The position numbers were made by a program, and so were the translations under genes. From assembly GCA_964016885.1 (NCBI GenBank), contig OZ024740.1, positions 380,370,001-380,434,000 of the forward strand: a DNA stretch of 64,000 nucleotides, written 5' to 3'. The notes under the pieces were generated by a model. That model was not told where the DNA came from. It did not search any database and saw only the letters and a program-made list of their open reading frames with translations. This DNA is from Eledone cirrhosa. Lineage: Eukaryota. This document shows positions 1 to 13,687 of the stretch, piece by piece. Each line of letters starts with the position of its first letter. The stretch's first letter is position 1.

Positions 1-547
1 ATTGATATATTGTAGTGATTTCTGAGATGTTGGAATAACCTCATTGGTTTATGTAGCACACAATTAAAACCAAAAGATAAGCGTTAGCATAACCAAAACG
101 TTTCCCTATTTATATAAACGGGTGGTTTTCTGCTAGCACGTGTAGTGTGTATATTGATATTATACGCAAGTATATATACATGTAGATATGATACATCAAA
201 TAAAATCGTAATTGACAATATAAACAGAAATTGAACGAAGACGTTGTTACACTGTCTTATGTAATCAGTTACGTAATCCATGATACATTAAAAAAAGACG
301 ATATTATATATAAACTGCATTGGGAGAAAATTAGTATGTTTATTTAAGTGATCACCACCGGAAGTGTTGACATCACACACTCTCTCTTTCTATATATAAA
401 GTAGTTGAAGTGGTGGTGGTGGTGGCAACTTTGAAAAGAAGTCAATTTTAAATTATTTATTTTTACGAAATTATTTTTGTTTACGAAATTTAGTAGATTA
501 TGTAATATTCATTCATTATTTATTCAAAGTATAATAAAGTATAATTC

Positions 548-822
548 AAACTATAATAAAGGAAGGTCTGCGGGACTGCGTACGGTTTATTTTTTTTTTA
601 TCCCGTTAGTAAAATAAGTTGGATTACTTTGAATAAATAATTGTTTCTACTTTAGGCACAAGGCCAGCAATTACCCAGTACCAGTAATGCACTGGGTAAT
701 TGCTGGCCTTGTGCCTAAAGTAGAAACAATTATTTATTCAAAGTAATCCAACTTATTTTACTAACGGGATAAAAAAAAAATAAACCGTACGCAGTCCCGC
801 AGACCTTCCTTTATTATAGTTT
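548..822. repeat. Palindrome with 132-bp arms centred on a SINE 3' end
   Basis: 548-679 is the reverse complement of 691-822, with an 11-nt spacer. The inner ~45 bp of each arm is the SINE tail (ctgggtaattgctggccttgtgcctaaagtagaaacaattatt); the outer ~90 bp is non-SINE flank. Confidence 0.9.
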
Positions 823-1717
823 AGATTAGATGATGAAAATCAGAACTTGTACTGTAAAATAAAAATTAAAAAAAGAATGAGAAACACTATATTTACAAGA
901 AAGCATCACTTCACGATTATTATATTCGAATTGTGAATGAAATTGTCTATATATTTATGTATCCCAATATAGTTACAGGTGAGCCGATATTTGCTGACAT
1001 TCCAGCTCAGATTTACATAAGAAAAATGCAATAAGTCCTTCGTGAAGAGTCAAACTGCTTACAAACATTTTGACAAATAACTAAAGATATATTAATCGGT
1101 GAATTAGATACTCCTTCAATTCGAAGGTCAGATTACGTTATACACGAATGTTGGCAATTGAACAATATTACTCATTAAATCTTTATAATCAATCATCTGC
1201 CAATCTACCAGATAAAAGCAGACTACACTTCATCTTTTGACCGGCATTCAATTTCTCTACAGACGTAGGGTTGCTGGAGATCACTCAATCTGCTATAAAT
1301 ATCAACAAAATCCCCTTCACATTTTCCCCTGGCCATATTAAATCAAGGATATACTGGACAATGCAGTTAATCCCTGATATACAAATGTTGAGAAAGGTAG
1401 CAATTTGAACGCTTTTGTTCGTAGGTCTGTTCAACCAAGGCTGATTGGAGTTAAATAATAAGAAAAACGATTTCTTTTTGGCAAAGTTCAAATAAACAAA
1501 TATTATAGAAAGTTGTGCAAAGACAGATTAGGAAACCTATCTTGAAGAATTTCCTTTTGTGGTATAAAACTACTTTGTTTTAATATTTAGTTATTTATTG
1601 TACAGTATATGTAATTATACGGAAATAAGTTAGATAATATTAGTTCATAATTAATTTTTACTCAGTGTTGCTTATAGATAATTAATTCATATATTGACGT
1701 GATTATTTCAAAGTTTT

Positions 1718-1778
1718 GGGCATAAACATGCGTATTGGGACATAAACATGCGTATTGGGACATAAACATGCATATTGA
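1718..1778. repeat. 20-bp minisatellite, 3 copies
   Basis: Unit ggacataaacatgcgtattg repeated about three times. Confidence 0.85.
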
Positions 1779-2968
1779 GAAGAAATGTGCATATTTAAGA
1801 ATAAACGCCCTCTAAAAGGTCATTGCATTTATATTTGATGCAGCCCCCTATTCTTCCCATGTATAAATTCTGGATACAGCCATAACGTTCACCTAGCTCA
1901 TAACCTCCCATTTCATCATTGACCATGAATAAAATACATATAGTAGAATGGATTATTTGATATTATATAGGACTGGGGTTTTACCATTAATACAGAAATG
2001 TAAATGTCATGCCTAAATCAAATTTAAACACCAAATACCTGCGTGGGGCACGTCTTATAAAGCTAAAACCCGTATTTCACACTGGCCTTTGGTATGTAAA
2101 TCTGTCCGATGATTGCAATGCGAAGACTTCGATATATAAATGAAAATTAAAGGTTTAGACCAGCTATTAACACTGCCTTGTATATAACATTATAATAGAT
2201 TAATGGTTTTTATATACACACCACTTGTATTTATCTTCCCATATATAAGTGACTACCCTTCTTCTATCTGTATTCAAACTAGATTTATAACTTAACATTT
2301 TGAAGGGTTTCATCAAAATACATTTCATAGCCAAACATAGCTTCCATCATTTTGATCCATGTATTGTAGTCTCAAACATAGACTAAATTATGGAGGTATA
2401 TTTAATTGCATTCTTCTTCAGTCAGTTCCAAAATAAGTAGGATGGAGTGAGGTGGAATTAATTGAATTTCCAGGTTTACAGGAGTGAGCATACTTTCTTA
2501 CCTGCTTTTAAATGTGTTGTAGATTAGCCCTGAATAGTTCAATGTAGTGCTACTTTTGGATGTCATTTTGATTCTATACATTAATACCTCTGTGGAGCAT
2601 TTGATACAGTGTGAGAGGAACGTGGTATTTCTACAGTTGCATTACAGAGATTGGAGTGATGTGTTCCTAGTAATATAATTCAGTTACAATGATTATATTT
2701 TAGTTACAATCCTCTCTCTCTATATCTATCTATCTCCGGATGGTATAGACGTCCTTCACATCGGCTCCTCGATTATTGGATATATTACGTGTTAACAGTA
2801 AGTGTTTGTCTGTATCCTTGCGTTATTGTGTTAATTAACCCCCTTGCCTGGGTCTTCGGACATTAGGGTTAATTTATTTCACCCCTTTTGGGGTGAAATT
2901 TTTCATCCTAAAAATCTTGTTATTGTCTCTACGCTAGTGGTAATGGAAGCTTCCCTACTGAAAGAATA

Positions 2969-4150
2969 ATGATTATTAGAAACATTGAAAAAATGGAGCC
3001 TAACCCTAATGAAAAAAATGTGAAAAAAATTGACTCGGAGAAATTGCCAAAATTAATGGATGCCGTTTCGACTTTTCACGGTGCCACGCCCACCAGCAAA
3101 GGTGAAAGAGAAGTAGTAGCTGTGACTACAAGTCTCTCGGATACTGAAAATATAAGTGAACATTTTGAAAAAATTGAGTCTTACCCCAACGGGGAAAAAT
3201 ATGTGAACGCATACACCAACATAAATAACACAAACACAACAAAAAATGAAAATTGTAACAACAAAAAACAAGAAAACCACATTTCGACAAATGTAAACAG
3301 AGAGGGGGCGAACAAAATGATGTTCGCGCAAAGCATAAAAAAACTATCCTGTTCGAACCTATTGACATTTCGAACATGGCCCAGCAAATGGAAAATGCAC
3401 GAAAGTATATAACTTTGGAGGAGAATGGTCTATTTTCTTTAAATTCTCCCCCAGAGCTAAAAAAGGAAAATAGCTTAAAAACTATTATTTATAGGACAAT
3501 ATCAAACAAAACCCGTAAGCCAGTATAACTCACACAGACATAGATTGAACTGGCGTTAAAAGATCATCTGAAAACCATTGTATTCATTCGGAAGGATAGA
3601 CTCTACGGTAGTCTATCCATCCGAATAAAAGATAAATTGACGGCCGAAAAACATTCCCTGGCCCCAATTGTGTCCCCCTTATTTACCTTCTTCCCCACTT
3701 ATTTGGGAAGAAAAACACAAAAATTGACCATACACAGTATCGATCCAGATATTGATTTCTGGGCGGTACTGTGTGGCCTCCTCGACTTGAAAGAGGATGC
3801 AGTAATTTCGGTAGGTAAATCTTCCAGCAACGTGTTCGGTGGAACTAACCTGCAAGTTCTGGTGCAAATGCAGCCAGAACGAATTGCTAGGATCCCAGAC
3901 CGCATATTGCTGGATGGGTAGACGACCCGCTTGTTACTTCTGTGGTGGCAGAGGTCACCTGCGGGCTGCCTGTTCCCAAGCAAACAAAAAAACACCGATT
4001 TTGCCCACACCAACAACTACAACACTAACAACACAACCTCCACCACAAAAACAACTAGCACCACAAGGTAAAACACAACTGAAAACAATCCCCCCCCCCC
4101 CAGAAAACAAATACAATAACACCCACACCACAAACACGAGCCGAAAATGA
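2969..4150 (+). pseudogene. Tx1 ORF1 (gag-like nucleic-acid-binding protein), frameshifted
   Basis: Fragments 2969-3412, 3637-3921 and 3839-4150. CCHC knuckle CYFCGGRGHLRAAC followed by a Pro/Thr-rich tail. Confidence 0.75.
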
Positions 4151-4755
4151 ACCCCTCCCCTCGAATACGGAAGACGACCCCCTTTCGTCGTCAGACGAGG
4201 GGGTCGGGGGGAGGGACATTTCATAAAGTTAAAAGAAAAAAAGAAAACACACCACAGGAACACAAATACAAACAACCCCTCCCCAAGCCATAACACAGAC
4301 ATCAACACAAAAAAAACACACAACAACAGCAAACAGAAAAACATCACGCAAAAAGAAAAATTTGCATATACCTACATAAGTACAATAAATAAAAAAAACT
4401 GTTAAACGTTATTATAACAACTTAAAAAAACCGAAGGTTCGAATTTAGCAAAAGCAACGAGGCTTCCCCATCTAAAAATGATAAAAGCCCCAATGGACAT
4501 TTACAAATCGTTAAAAGACACTTTTAAAGAGGACGTGGGGTCCCCCTGCGTCAGACCCATTAACCGTGTCCTCCTAAAAAATCCCCCCCAGACACCCACA
4601 CAACTCCAAACACCTCAACCCGACCACATACTGATGCCCCTACACTTCCACAAACCACCACCCCACCCAACAACCCATCCCCCACCCCCATGGAAATTGT
4701 GCGGCCCGGTCCCCGGGACGCAGAGAGGTAAGTGCCTTTTCTCTTTACCACCAAC

Positions 4756-7700
4756 ATGTCTGTGTTGAGAATAGGTTGTCTAAATGCGCGTGGCCTGGGC
4801 TCACCTTGGAAGCAACCAATGCTTCTAAATGACCTCAGGTCACGATGTATAAATGTGATGGTTATTTGCGAGGCCCGGATCAGCAACGTGCGACAGCTGG
4901 CCTCCACCTTTGATGCACGCATATCTTTGTCAGCCCGGAAGTGAGGGTGGGGTTGTCGTTCTGCTGCAAAAACATCTGGGTCTCGCTACACAGACGGTAC
5001 ACTTGACCCGGAGGGTCGACTAGTGGTTCTGGACATTGGCAGTGGTGAAGGCGGAGCTTTTAGGCTGGTCGCCATCTACGGCCCTTTTGGGTCAACGCGG
5101 CCGGACTTCTTCCATCGTCTGGAGACTTTTCTAGGGACGTCCCGCTCCTTGCTTTTAGTGGGGGACTGGAATGGTATCCTAGATGCACGTTGGGACTATG
5201 TAGGGGCATGTCCTGATAGAGGGGGTTGTAACAGCCTCAAGGGGTTAATCGGCCGATTCGACCTGGCCGATAGATATCGACTAGATTTTCCGACTGTGCC
5301 AACCTGGACTTGGAGAAACCACAGTGGTCAATCTAGATCGTACCTAGATAGGTTCTTAGTTAGAAATAAGGATAGGGACTTTTTAAATTGTCCAAAAATG
5401 CTCATGGTTGGCTATTCAGACCACAAGTTAGTAATCTCCATGGTCAACCTTCATAGAACGCATAGACAGGGACCCGGTTACTGGAAGCTCAACTTGTCCT
5501 TAGCGGCAAGTAAAGCTTACAGGAACCGGATTAGTACATTAGTTAAGGAGCGGTTGATGGGTGCCATCGTCAACAGCAGGAGGTGAGGCTCTCTCAAAAA
5601 AGAGATTAGAGTAGCTTCAATAGGAGTTAGTAAGGAGTTAGCCTCAGATAGAAATAGGAAGGAAAGGGAGTTGGTAGATAGTGTAGAAGAGGCAATTAGA
5701 AGCGGCGACGTAGCCAGAGTGCTAGCGCCGAGAATGGCCAGGGGCCAGTTCTTCGACGCGAAACACGAAGGCTGCGTTGTCCGAAGCAAAATACGTGCTC
5801 TGGGAAACGAGGGGACCAAAGCTGTTAGCTGGGCCCGCGTGACAGAAGCCAAAAGTAGGACTAGATCCACTATCCGGTCTTTGCGAGACCAGGATGGACG
5901 GGTGATTCTTGAACCTAAGCAGATGTGCGAGGCCTTTCAAAGGCACTTTGCCCGATTGTTCGGAAGGGACGAGGGGCCGGATGGTGATATGGACCTCGGT
6001 CCATACCTCGACGGCCTGTCGCGTCTTTCGGACGAGGAGGCGAAGTCCTGCGAGAGGCCGATCTCAGCTGCTGAAATAGGGGACGTGCTGAGCCAATGCG
6101 GCAGACGCAAATCTCCGGGCCTCGATGGTCTTCCATACGAACTGTATTTAAGTATGCCGGACTTGTTCTTCGATCTCATCGAAGCGTCTACTGCAACTGG
6201 CAACAGAACGGGAGAATTCCCAGTTCTGTGACCAAGGGTGTAGTCTCGCTAGTGAGGAAGGACGAGAACAAGGGGGATGAAATAAGTAATTTTAGGCCCA
6301 TAACACTGCTAAATGCAGAGTTAAAGATTTTGGCCAAGGTGTTAGCAAAGAGGTTGGCGCTTGGTGGGAGATGCGCAGACATACGCCATCCCGTCCAGGT
6401 CCATTCACGACAATCTCCATCTCATGCGATACATCATAGAGAGGGTTGGGAACGAACCCGGCTTTGGTGAGGCCCTGATCAACTTGGATCAATCTAAGGT
6501 GTTCGATAGGGTCGACCATCGTTACCTGGATGCGGTGCTAGTGACGGCAGGTTTCGGACCCGTTTTCAGGGGCTGGATCACTGCCATGCACAGCAGCCTC
6601 GTCTGCTCTAGGGTCAAGGTGAACGGCTACCTCTCGGAGCCGTTCGAAATCACGCGGTCCATCCGACAGGGATGCCCTCTCTCCTCCCTTCTGTATGTAT
6701 TGGCCCTAGAGTCACTGCTTCGGAAGTTGGAGTTGTTACAGGGCATCCCTTTGGAACCGGGATTGCGGAAAGCGGTGTCAGCCTACGCCGATGACGTGAC
6801 AGTAATGGTGTCAACCGCCTCGGAAATCGGAGTGATCGGCACCTTACTGGAGGAATACGAAACGTTTACAGGGGCTAAGCTGAACCGGGACAAGTCAGTC
6901 TGTTTGCAACTCGGCGAGTGGAGGGGCAAACCGATGGCCTCCAACGGCGGCGTCGGACGTTGGACGGAGGGCCGGGTGAAGTTGCTCTGGGTCTGGTTCG
7001 GGCCAGACCTCCAGGTGGAGAAGAACTGGGGTGAGGTATCGAACAGGGTGTTTGCGCTGACGCGGAAGTGGGCTGAGTGCAAAATATCCCTGAAAGGTCG
7101 GGCGGAGGTGACGAACGCTTATATGGCGTCTGTCATCTACTACCGCCTAACTGCCGTGCCTTGCCCAAGGGAAACGCTCACCAAAATGGAGCACGCACTC
7201 TTCCAATTCCTTTGGAAGAAGCGGGTTCCTTTGGTGAGGAGATCCATCTGCTGTCAACACCCTTCGAACGGAGGGCTGGGGATGCCGTGGATGCTGATGC
7301 GTGAACACGCATTAAGGCTACGGCACCTCCAGGTATTCCTCACCGGTCAACCGGTGTGGGCCCCGTTTGTGAGGCGAGCCTTTCCGAGACTCATCTCGCT
7401 CACCGAGCTGCAGTCCTGGGTCAAGCAAAGACCAAGAAAACTGGGCGCTTGGCACACCGAGTGTGCCCAGACGCTCACGGCTCTCTGGCAGGCGGACCTG
7501 ACTATCGATGGAGACTCCACCTCGTCATTCTATAGAGGACTGGTGGTTAGTAGGTGCGACAACACCCTCGGACAAGCCCTAGGCATGGAGGAAGACGAAC
7601 TGGCCAGCCTATTCGGGAGGGAATTTGGCCCGGGACCTATGGACAACTTCCAGAAGTCCCTGGCCTGGCAGTGCTACCGAGGGGCGCTGCCCGTTCGAGA

Positions 7701-8166
7701 AAAGCTCTACAGACACGGGCGCCCGGGTAGGGACCCCTCGAAAAAAATCTGTCCCAGATGCGTGCGCGACGAGGAAACCGTTGCGCACGCATTGGTACAC
7801 TGCTCGGGCGTTGCCGATCTGTGGGGCTATGTCGAACGACTGCTGTCACGGGTGGGACCAATCCGGTTGACGACTGAGTCCATTGTAACGATCAACCCGC
7901 CTCCCCCCTTCAAAAATGAAGGAGAGGCGGTCTTCCTCTGTGTAATAGCCATGGTGAAAGAGGTGGCATGGTGGATACGTTTGAAAGGGCTGAGGTCGGA
8001 CACCTTTCTCTCCGGCCAACAACTGGTCCTTTTCTTTAAATACCATTTTAAGAGAAGGATCAGAATGGAGAGAGAGGTGCTCTACCTCAGCAAGTTTTAT
8101 GAAAGGTGGGTGAAAGAAGCGAGAATGGCCCGTGTGAATGGGCCTTCTCTCTTTATCAGCCTGTAG
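4756..8166 (+). pseudogene. Tx1 ORF2: APE endonuclease, reverse transcriptase and C-terminal zinc finger, disrupted
   Basis: APE motifs CLNARGL, LVGDWN, SYLDRF, SDH, GPGYWKLN. RT motifs KSPGLDG, FRPITLLN, QGCPLS, YADD. C-terminal CPRC..EETVAHALVHC. Stop at ~5584 and frameshifts near 4930-5010, 6185 and 6362. Confidence 0.92.
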
Positions 8167-9260
8167 GTGGAAAGGTGGAAGTGCAAAGGAGCACCCTCTC
8201 TCTGTGCTCCTAAGGAAAAGGGTTGCACACTTTTTCGGGGGTGGGGTGTAACCCCAAAACGCCTCCTCCCTATTGAGGACTGTATTGTTAATTTTATATT
8301 TGTTATTTGTTTTTACTCGTTCCTTTATGTAAACTCCCCCTTGTATTTGTCCCCTTCTTTTGTGCCCTCGTGGCAAATAAATAGAAACTTATCTATCTAT
8401 CTCTTTCTATCTCTCTATCTCTAACGTATACACTCGTATTTATGTATGAACGTAAACATATACATATTAACAACTACGATTTCTTGATATATATAATATA
8501 AAACTTTATACATCTGTAAACACCAATTTCAGATTTGAAATATCAATTTGACTTCCATTTTATTTTTTAGTCACTTATTTTCATGTATTTACATGGAGCA
8601 AACAGAAAATTGAAATGAAAGGCAAATATATTCTTCTTCTTCTTCTTCTTGGGAGATTCGTTGGGGAAGAGTCCTCAAACACTACTTCCAGGGGGTCCTG
8701 TCAGGATAACAGCTGGATAACAAGGAAAATATTAAACTGTTAAATCTTCCAAGATCTTACTATGTTTCATATTTTCTTAAAACTATGAATAATATTAGTT
8801 TTCCATTGAAGATTATTAAATACTTAGGCTTCAATTGACTTGAAATTAACTATAAATTTAATTCAGAAATACCGTATGAATTCACATTACTCTAATACAC
8901 CATGAGAAGCAGTTAAGGGTACTTAGCCACTTTTACGTTAATTTAAGGAGTGCGTCGTTCTGTTTATCAAGCAAGTGGAACGTTCATCGTAGAAACCAAT
9001 AGGAGGCCATTTGCTTTAACTTAATACACCTCAAATATTGAGCTTAAGAAGATTGTCACTGAAACTACTAGAAATCAATGTATTGAGTGAGGTGTGACGT
9101 AAGTTCTTGTTATACTATGTCTGAAACTAATACGAGATGGTTACAGAGGCAAGGCCTTTCGTCAGAAGTTACCATTATCAGGATAAGAAAAGCACCCTGA
9201 TCGTATCTAGAATATAGACTCCGGTGGTGTTGTATTACATTGAGAACATACTGATTCATA

Positions 9261-9370
9261 GGTGCTGGCATACAGTGTGGTTGTCATGAAGCTTGCTGTG
9301 CAGTCACACGGTTTTGGAATCAGTCTAACTGCGTGGTACCTTGGGAGACGGAAACTGAGTAAGCCCGTGG
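9261..9370 (+). mobile_element. Degenerate, internally deleted tRNA-derived SINE (second type)
   Basis: Decayed tRNA-like head, then ctgcgtggtaccttggg...agacggaaactga...agcccgt, followed by (TA)n. Confidence 0.45.
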
Positions 9371-9462
9371 TACATATATATATATGAAACTAATAAACCT
9401 TTGTTTGTACTGCCTCTCGGTTTTTCTTCTCGTTCCAGTTTTCACTATATATGTATATATAT

Positions 9463-9581
9463 AAAGAGTCAGGATCCCGACGTCTGAGCTCCGGCCGTTT
9501 CGACAGCTAACTACTACCCTAAGTATCGAGTACTCTGGTGCGTTATGGTCCACCTGGTATCTTACCACACCTTCTTTGTTA
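9463..9581. mobile_element. PLE terminal fragment, family B, with inverted half-hammerhead
   Basis: Minus strand reads GAAA-cgg..gagctc..cg-TC-ggg, joined to the plus-strand tail ctactaccctaagtatcgagtact...cttaccacac shared with 11060-11130. Confidence 0.6.
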
Positions 9582-9663
9582 TGTGTGTGTGTGTGTGTGT
9601 ATGTGTGTCTGAATGTGTGTCTGTGTGTGTGTGCTTGTTTATATCCCGTAACGCAGTTGAAAG

Positions 9664-9800
9664 TTTATTTTTATCGACCCCAGAAGGGATGAAAGGGAAA
9701 GTTGACCTTGGTTGATTTGAACTCAGACTGTAAAGAGCAGGAACAAATACAACGAAGCATTTTATCCAACACTCTACCGACTCTACGAATCCACCGCCTG
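9664..9800 (-). mobile_element. tRNA-derived Deu/Nin-core SINE, diverged
   Basis: Reverse complement of the B-box gagttcaaatc and the core ctttcatccc..gggtcgataaa. Confidence 0.75.
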
Positions 9801-10216
9801 TAACATGAAGTAGTGAAATGAAAATGTACAGTTGAAAAAAGCTTTGTTAAAACACCTGACACTAAATTTCAACTATAATGGCAAACATATTTCGAAATTA
9901 TTGATAGAAGACAAATAAACATAATAATGATTAATATATATTCGTATATTATAAAGGTAGCTGAGACTGCATAAATACATTGAGTATTTAGAGATGTAAA
10001 TACAATTCACGTATTCCCCAGTAAATTGAAGGAATTATAGATTGTATCAATTGTGTGAAGAAGTATATCATCTCAAAAAAACAGAGGGAAATATGAAACT
10101 GGGTTGCTTTCAACTTAAACAAAGTATTAAGGGGAATATGTTCTAAAATAGGTTTCAAACATGCCAAAGCTGTGTCTTTCTGTTTCTCTCTCTCTCACTA
10201 TCTGTCTCTATACATT

Positions 10217-10324
<108 letters not shown>

Positions 10325-10446
10325 TACACATATATATATGTGTACATACATATATATATATATAAGTTAATCCGGGTTCAATCGGAGGTAACCACAGTAA
10401 GTAAGGTACTCAATACATACCAGAGTATAAATGTTCTATATAGAAA

Positions 10447-10497
10447 AGCTTCTACAGGACTAGAACTGTTTCATTCATGCGAAATCATCAGGAAGCT
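10447..10497 (-). ncRNA. Minimal type I hammerhead ribozyme, family A
   Basis: agcttc-CUGAUGA-uuucgcaugaau-GAAA-cag-uucuaguc-cug-UA-gaagct; 6-bp helix I, GUA site. Confidence 0.85.
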
Positions 10498-10516
10498 GAT
10501 GATGATTTCGCATGTC

Positions 10517-10567
10517 AGCTTCCTGATGATTTCGCACGAATGAAACAGTTCTAGTCCTGTAGAAGCT
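10517..10567 (+). ncRNA. Minimal type I hammerhead ribozyme, family A (inverted partner)
   Basis: agcttc-CUGAUGA-uuucgcacgaau-GAAA-cag-uucuaguc-cug-UA-gaagct. Confidence 0.85.
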
Positions 10568-10576
10568 TTTCTATAT

Positions 10577-10870
<294 letters not shown>

Positions 10871-10927
10871 CGTGCTTCCGTGTATATATATACACACGGA
10901 GGCACTATATATATATATATATATATA

Positions 10928-11131
10928 GGAACGAGTAGGACCCCGACGGCTGAGCTCAAGCCGTTTCGACGGCTAATTCTGGACTAATTCCGTCCAGAAT
11001 TAGCCGTCGAAACGGCTTGAGCTCAGCCGTCGGGGTCCTACTCGTTCCTATTACCCACTCTACTACCCTAAGTATTGAGTACTTTGGTTCGCTATGGTCC
11101 ACCTGGTTCCTTACCACATTTCCTTCGTTAA
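10928..11131 (+). mobile_element. PLE terminal fragment, family B, with 5' fold-back and half-hammerhead
   Basis: 10928-10984 is inverted relative to 10992-11049. GAAA-cggct-tgagctc-agccg-TC-ggggtcc is present but CUGANGA is absent. Both ends lie in (TA)n. Confidence 0.75.
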
Positions 11132-11350
11132 ATATATATATATATATATATATATTAGGTATAGGATTATCCAAGATGTAGTAATGGTTGATTACTACAC
11201 TGGATATGGTTGACGTACGGTAAGAGGTTACTCTACGAGTTATGGAAGAATTGTTGAAGAAACTTAGTTCCTGATCCTTCAGTATTCCGGAGTGTATATA
11301 AAGAATGAATAATAACAGGTAGACATCATAAAAAGGTAATTTATTCCGTG

Positions 11351-11462
11351 TGCTTACAGGTGTTTCCACGGTGGTACTGCAGCCTAGTTACGCTACGTGC
11401 AAATTCACAAGTACTTGCAGAACTCGAATATCCAATGCTGTGACCACTGTTTCCTCAGAGCA
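11351..11462 (-). ncRNA. Hammerhead ribozyme with long helix II, family C
   Basis: ugcu-CUGAGGA-[~85-nt hairpin]-GAAA-ca-cc-ug-UA-agca. Confidence 0.75.
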
Positions 11463-11954
11463 GAATGGTAAATGTACAATGTAAATACCCTTAAGTGGGG
11501 TTGTTGGGGAAGATAGAGTAGAACAGGAAGAGAGAAAAGTAGGGAAGAGGGAGAGAGAAAGAAAGATATGCAGGGGTTGGAGAAGTAGGAGAGAGTGGCT
11601 TGTAGATATCTTAATCAAAATGTTATGGTAGGGGTTTTATTATACTGGTTACTTTTGGAGAGATGCGTTGATAGTTAAGGTCGGAATTATTTATTGCCCC
11701 AGAGGGCAGGTTCATAGATGTTGAGAGGGAGGTAGGTCAAAGGTGAGAGAGAGAGAGTGTAATGGATGTAGAGAGAGATAGGTAGAGAGGGGAGAGACGA
11801 AGTTTGTGTGGTGAGTGAACTTTGGGTTTGTAGTAGTAATCTAGGAATTGCACTGAGTTACCATGTATAGTGATAAGCAGTGTATTGTCTTGTAGTGTGG
11901 GGGGAAGAAAAGGTTGTTAGCTAGAAAGTGGTGTTATAGTTACGGGTTCGAATG

Positions 11955-12412
11955 TTAAGTTATTTTATAGTGAGAGAATTTAGCTTTTAGTTTGTGGTTG
12001 CAGTATAATGATCGTTCAATTCTATCGTTAAGTAGTTTGTTTTTGGATTTTAATATGTAAAATAGCTCAAGGTTACATAACCTGCAGTACTTCAATCCAC
12101 TCCGATATGCACTTGCGCTGGAAAGTATATCCCATTTTAAGGTGAACTGTTGGTTGTGTTCACGGAGTTGCCAGGTCTTGTTGGCGAGCGTGGTCACAAA
12201 ACGGTGATTCGGATGCTTGATTGAGAATCGATGACGGTACCAGCGAGATTTAAACGATGTGGTGGTAGATCCGATATAATACCATTTCTGGTCGTTCGAT
12301 TCAACCGTGCATTGGTAAACGATGTTAGACTTTAGGCATTCATTCTTCAATGGACATCTTTCAGGTAGATGGCAGTTACATTCTTTGTTGTGGGTAGCGG
12401 GTACACCATGGA
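11955..12412 (-). pseudogene. PLE GIY-YIG endonuclease domain, C-terminal fragment
   Basis: CNC..CPL..CLKSNIVYQC..WYYIGST..FKSRWYRH..CRLCNLE..LLN. Confidence 0.88.
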
Positions 12413-12553
12413 TAGGTTGTGATAGCGGTACAGGTGGGTTGTGTAATACCCGTCTCCCATTTAGTGTTGGGAGGCAGATATTGCGTTCTGCCCATCTGTT
12501 ACTAAAATGTTTTGTTTTGTAGAGTTGTTTAATTGCCTTAAGTTAAGTTTTTT

Positions 12554-13196
12554 CCATGGTGTACCCGCTACCCACAACAAAGAATGTAACTGCCATCTAC
12601 CTGAAAGATGTCCATTGAAGAATGAATGCCTAAAGTCTAACATTGTTTACCAATGCACGGTTGAATCGAACGACCAGAAATGGTATTATATCGGATCTAC
12701 CACCACATCGTTTAAATCTCGCTGGTACCGTCATCGATTCTCAATCAAGCATCCGAATCACCGTTTTGTGACCACGCTCGCCAACAAGACCTGGCAACTC
12801 CGTGAACACAACCAACAGTTCACCTTAAAATGGGATATACTTTCCAGCGCAAGTGCATATCGGAGTGGATTGAAGTACTGCAGGTTATGTAACCTTGAGC
12901 TATTTTACATATTAAAATCCAAAAACAAACTACTTAACGATAGAATTGAACGATCATTGTGGATTGGCAGTATCGGTAGAGGGTCGGACGCCATGCTTTG
13001 ATGCATAGAGTTACGGCCCTTGCTATTCTGAGTTCAAATCCCGCCGAGGTTAACTTTGCCTTTCATCCTTACGGGGTCGATAAAATAAAGTACCAGTAAT
13101 GTACTGGGTAATTTCTGGCCTTGTGCCAATAGTAGAAACAATTATACTGCAACCACAAACTAAAAGCTAAATTCTCTCACTATAAAATAACTTAAC
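12554..13196 (+). pseudogene. PLE GIY-YIG domain, second arm, interrupted by a SINE
   Basis: Same protein as the left arm; the reading frame runs into the SINE at 12959. Confidence 0.88.
12959..13143 (+). mobile_element. tRNA-derived Deu/Nin-core SINE inserted in the PLE arm
   Basis: A-box-like tggcagtatcggtaga, B-box gagttcaaatccc, core gcctttcatccttacggggtcgataaaataaagtaccag, tail gaaacaatt. Absent from the opposite arm. Confidence 0.9.
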
Positions 13197-13687
13197 ATTC
13201 GAACCCGTAACTATAACACCACTTTCTAGCTAACAACCTTTTCTTCCCCCCACACTACAAGACAATACACTGCTTATCACTATACATGGTAACTCAGTGC
13301 AATTCCTAGATTACTACTACAAACCCAAAGTTCACTCACCACACAAACTTCGTCTCTCCCCTCTCTACCTATCTCTCTCTACATCCATTACACTCTCTCT
13401 CTCTCGCCTTTGGCCTACCTCCCTCTCAACATCTATGAACCTGCCCTCTGGGGCAATAAATAATTCCGACCTTAACTATCAACGCATCTCTACAAAAGTA
13501 ACCAGTATAATAAAACCCCTACCATAACATTTTGATTAAGATATCTACAAGCCACTCTCTCCTACTTCTCCAACCCCTGCATATCTTTCTTTCTCTCTCC
13601 CTCTTCCCTACTTTTCTCTCTTCCTGTTCTACTCTATCTTCCCCAACAACCCCACTTAAGGGTATTTACATTGTACATTTACCATTC

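Larger units (their letters stand above)
2737..8389 (+). mobile_element. Near-full-length Tx1-clade (L1-group) non-LTR retrotransposon, inactivated
   Basis: Contains a 5' UTR, ORF1 with a zinc knuckle, ORF2 with APE, RT and a CCHC finger, and a 3' UTR with AATAAA. Flanked by identical tatctatctatctc at 2723-2736 and 8390-8403. Confidence 0.9.

Noticed and set aside
1000-1500. Possible host exon
   Set aside because: Only a short ORF, with no recognisable protein motif or convincing splice context.
12959-13043. tRNA genes at SINE heads
   Set aside because: A/B boxes are present but there is no cloverleaf, and the head is always followed by the SINE core and tail.
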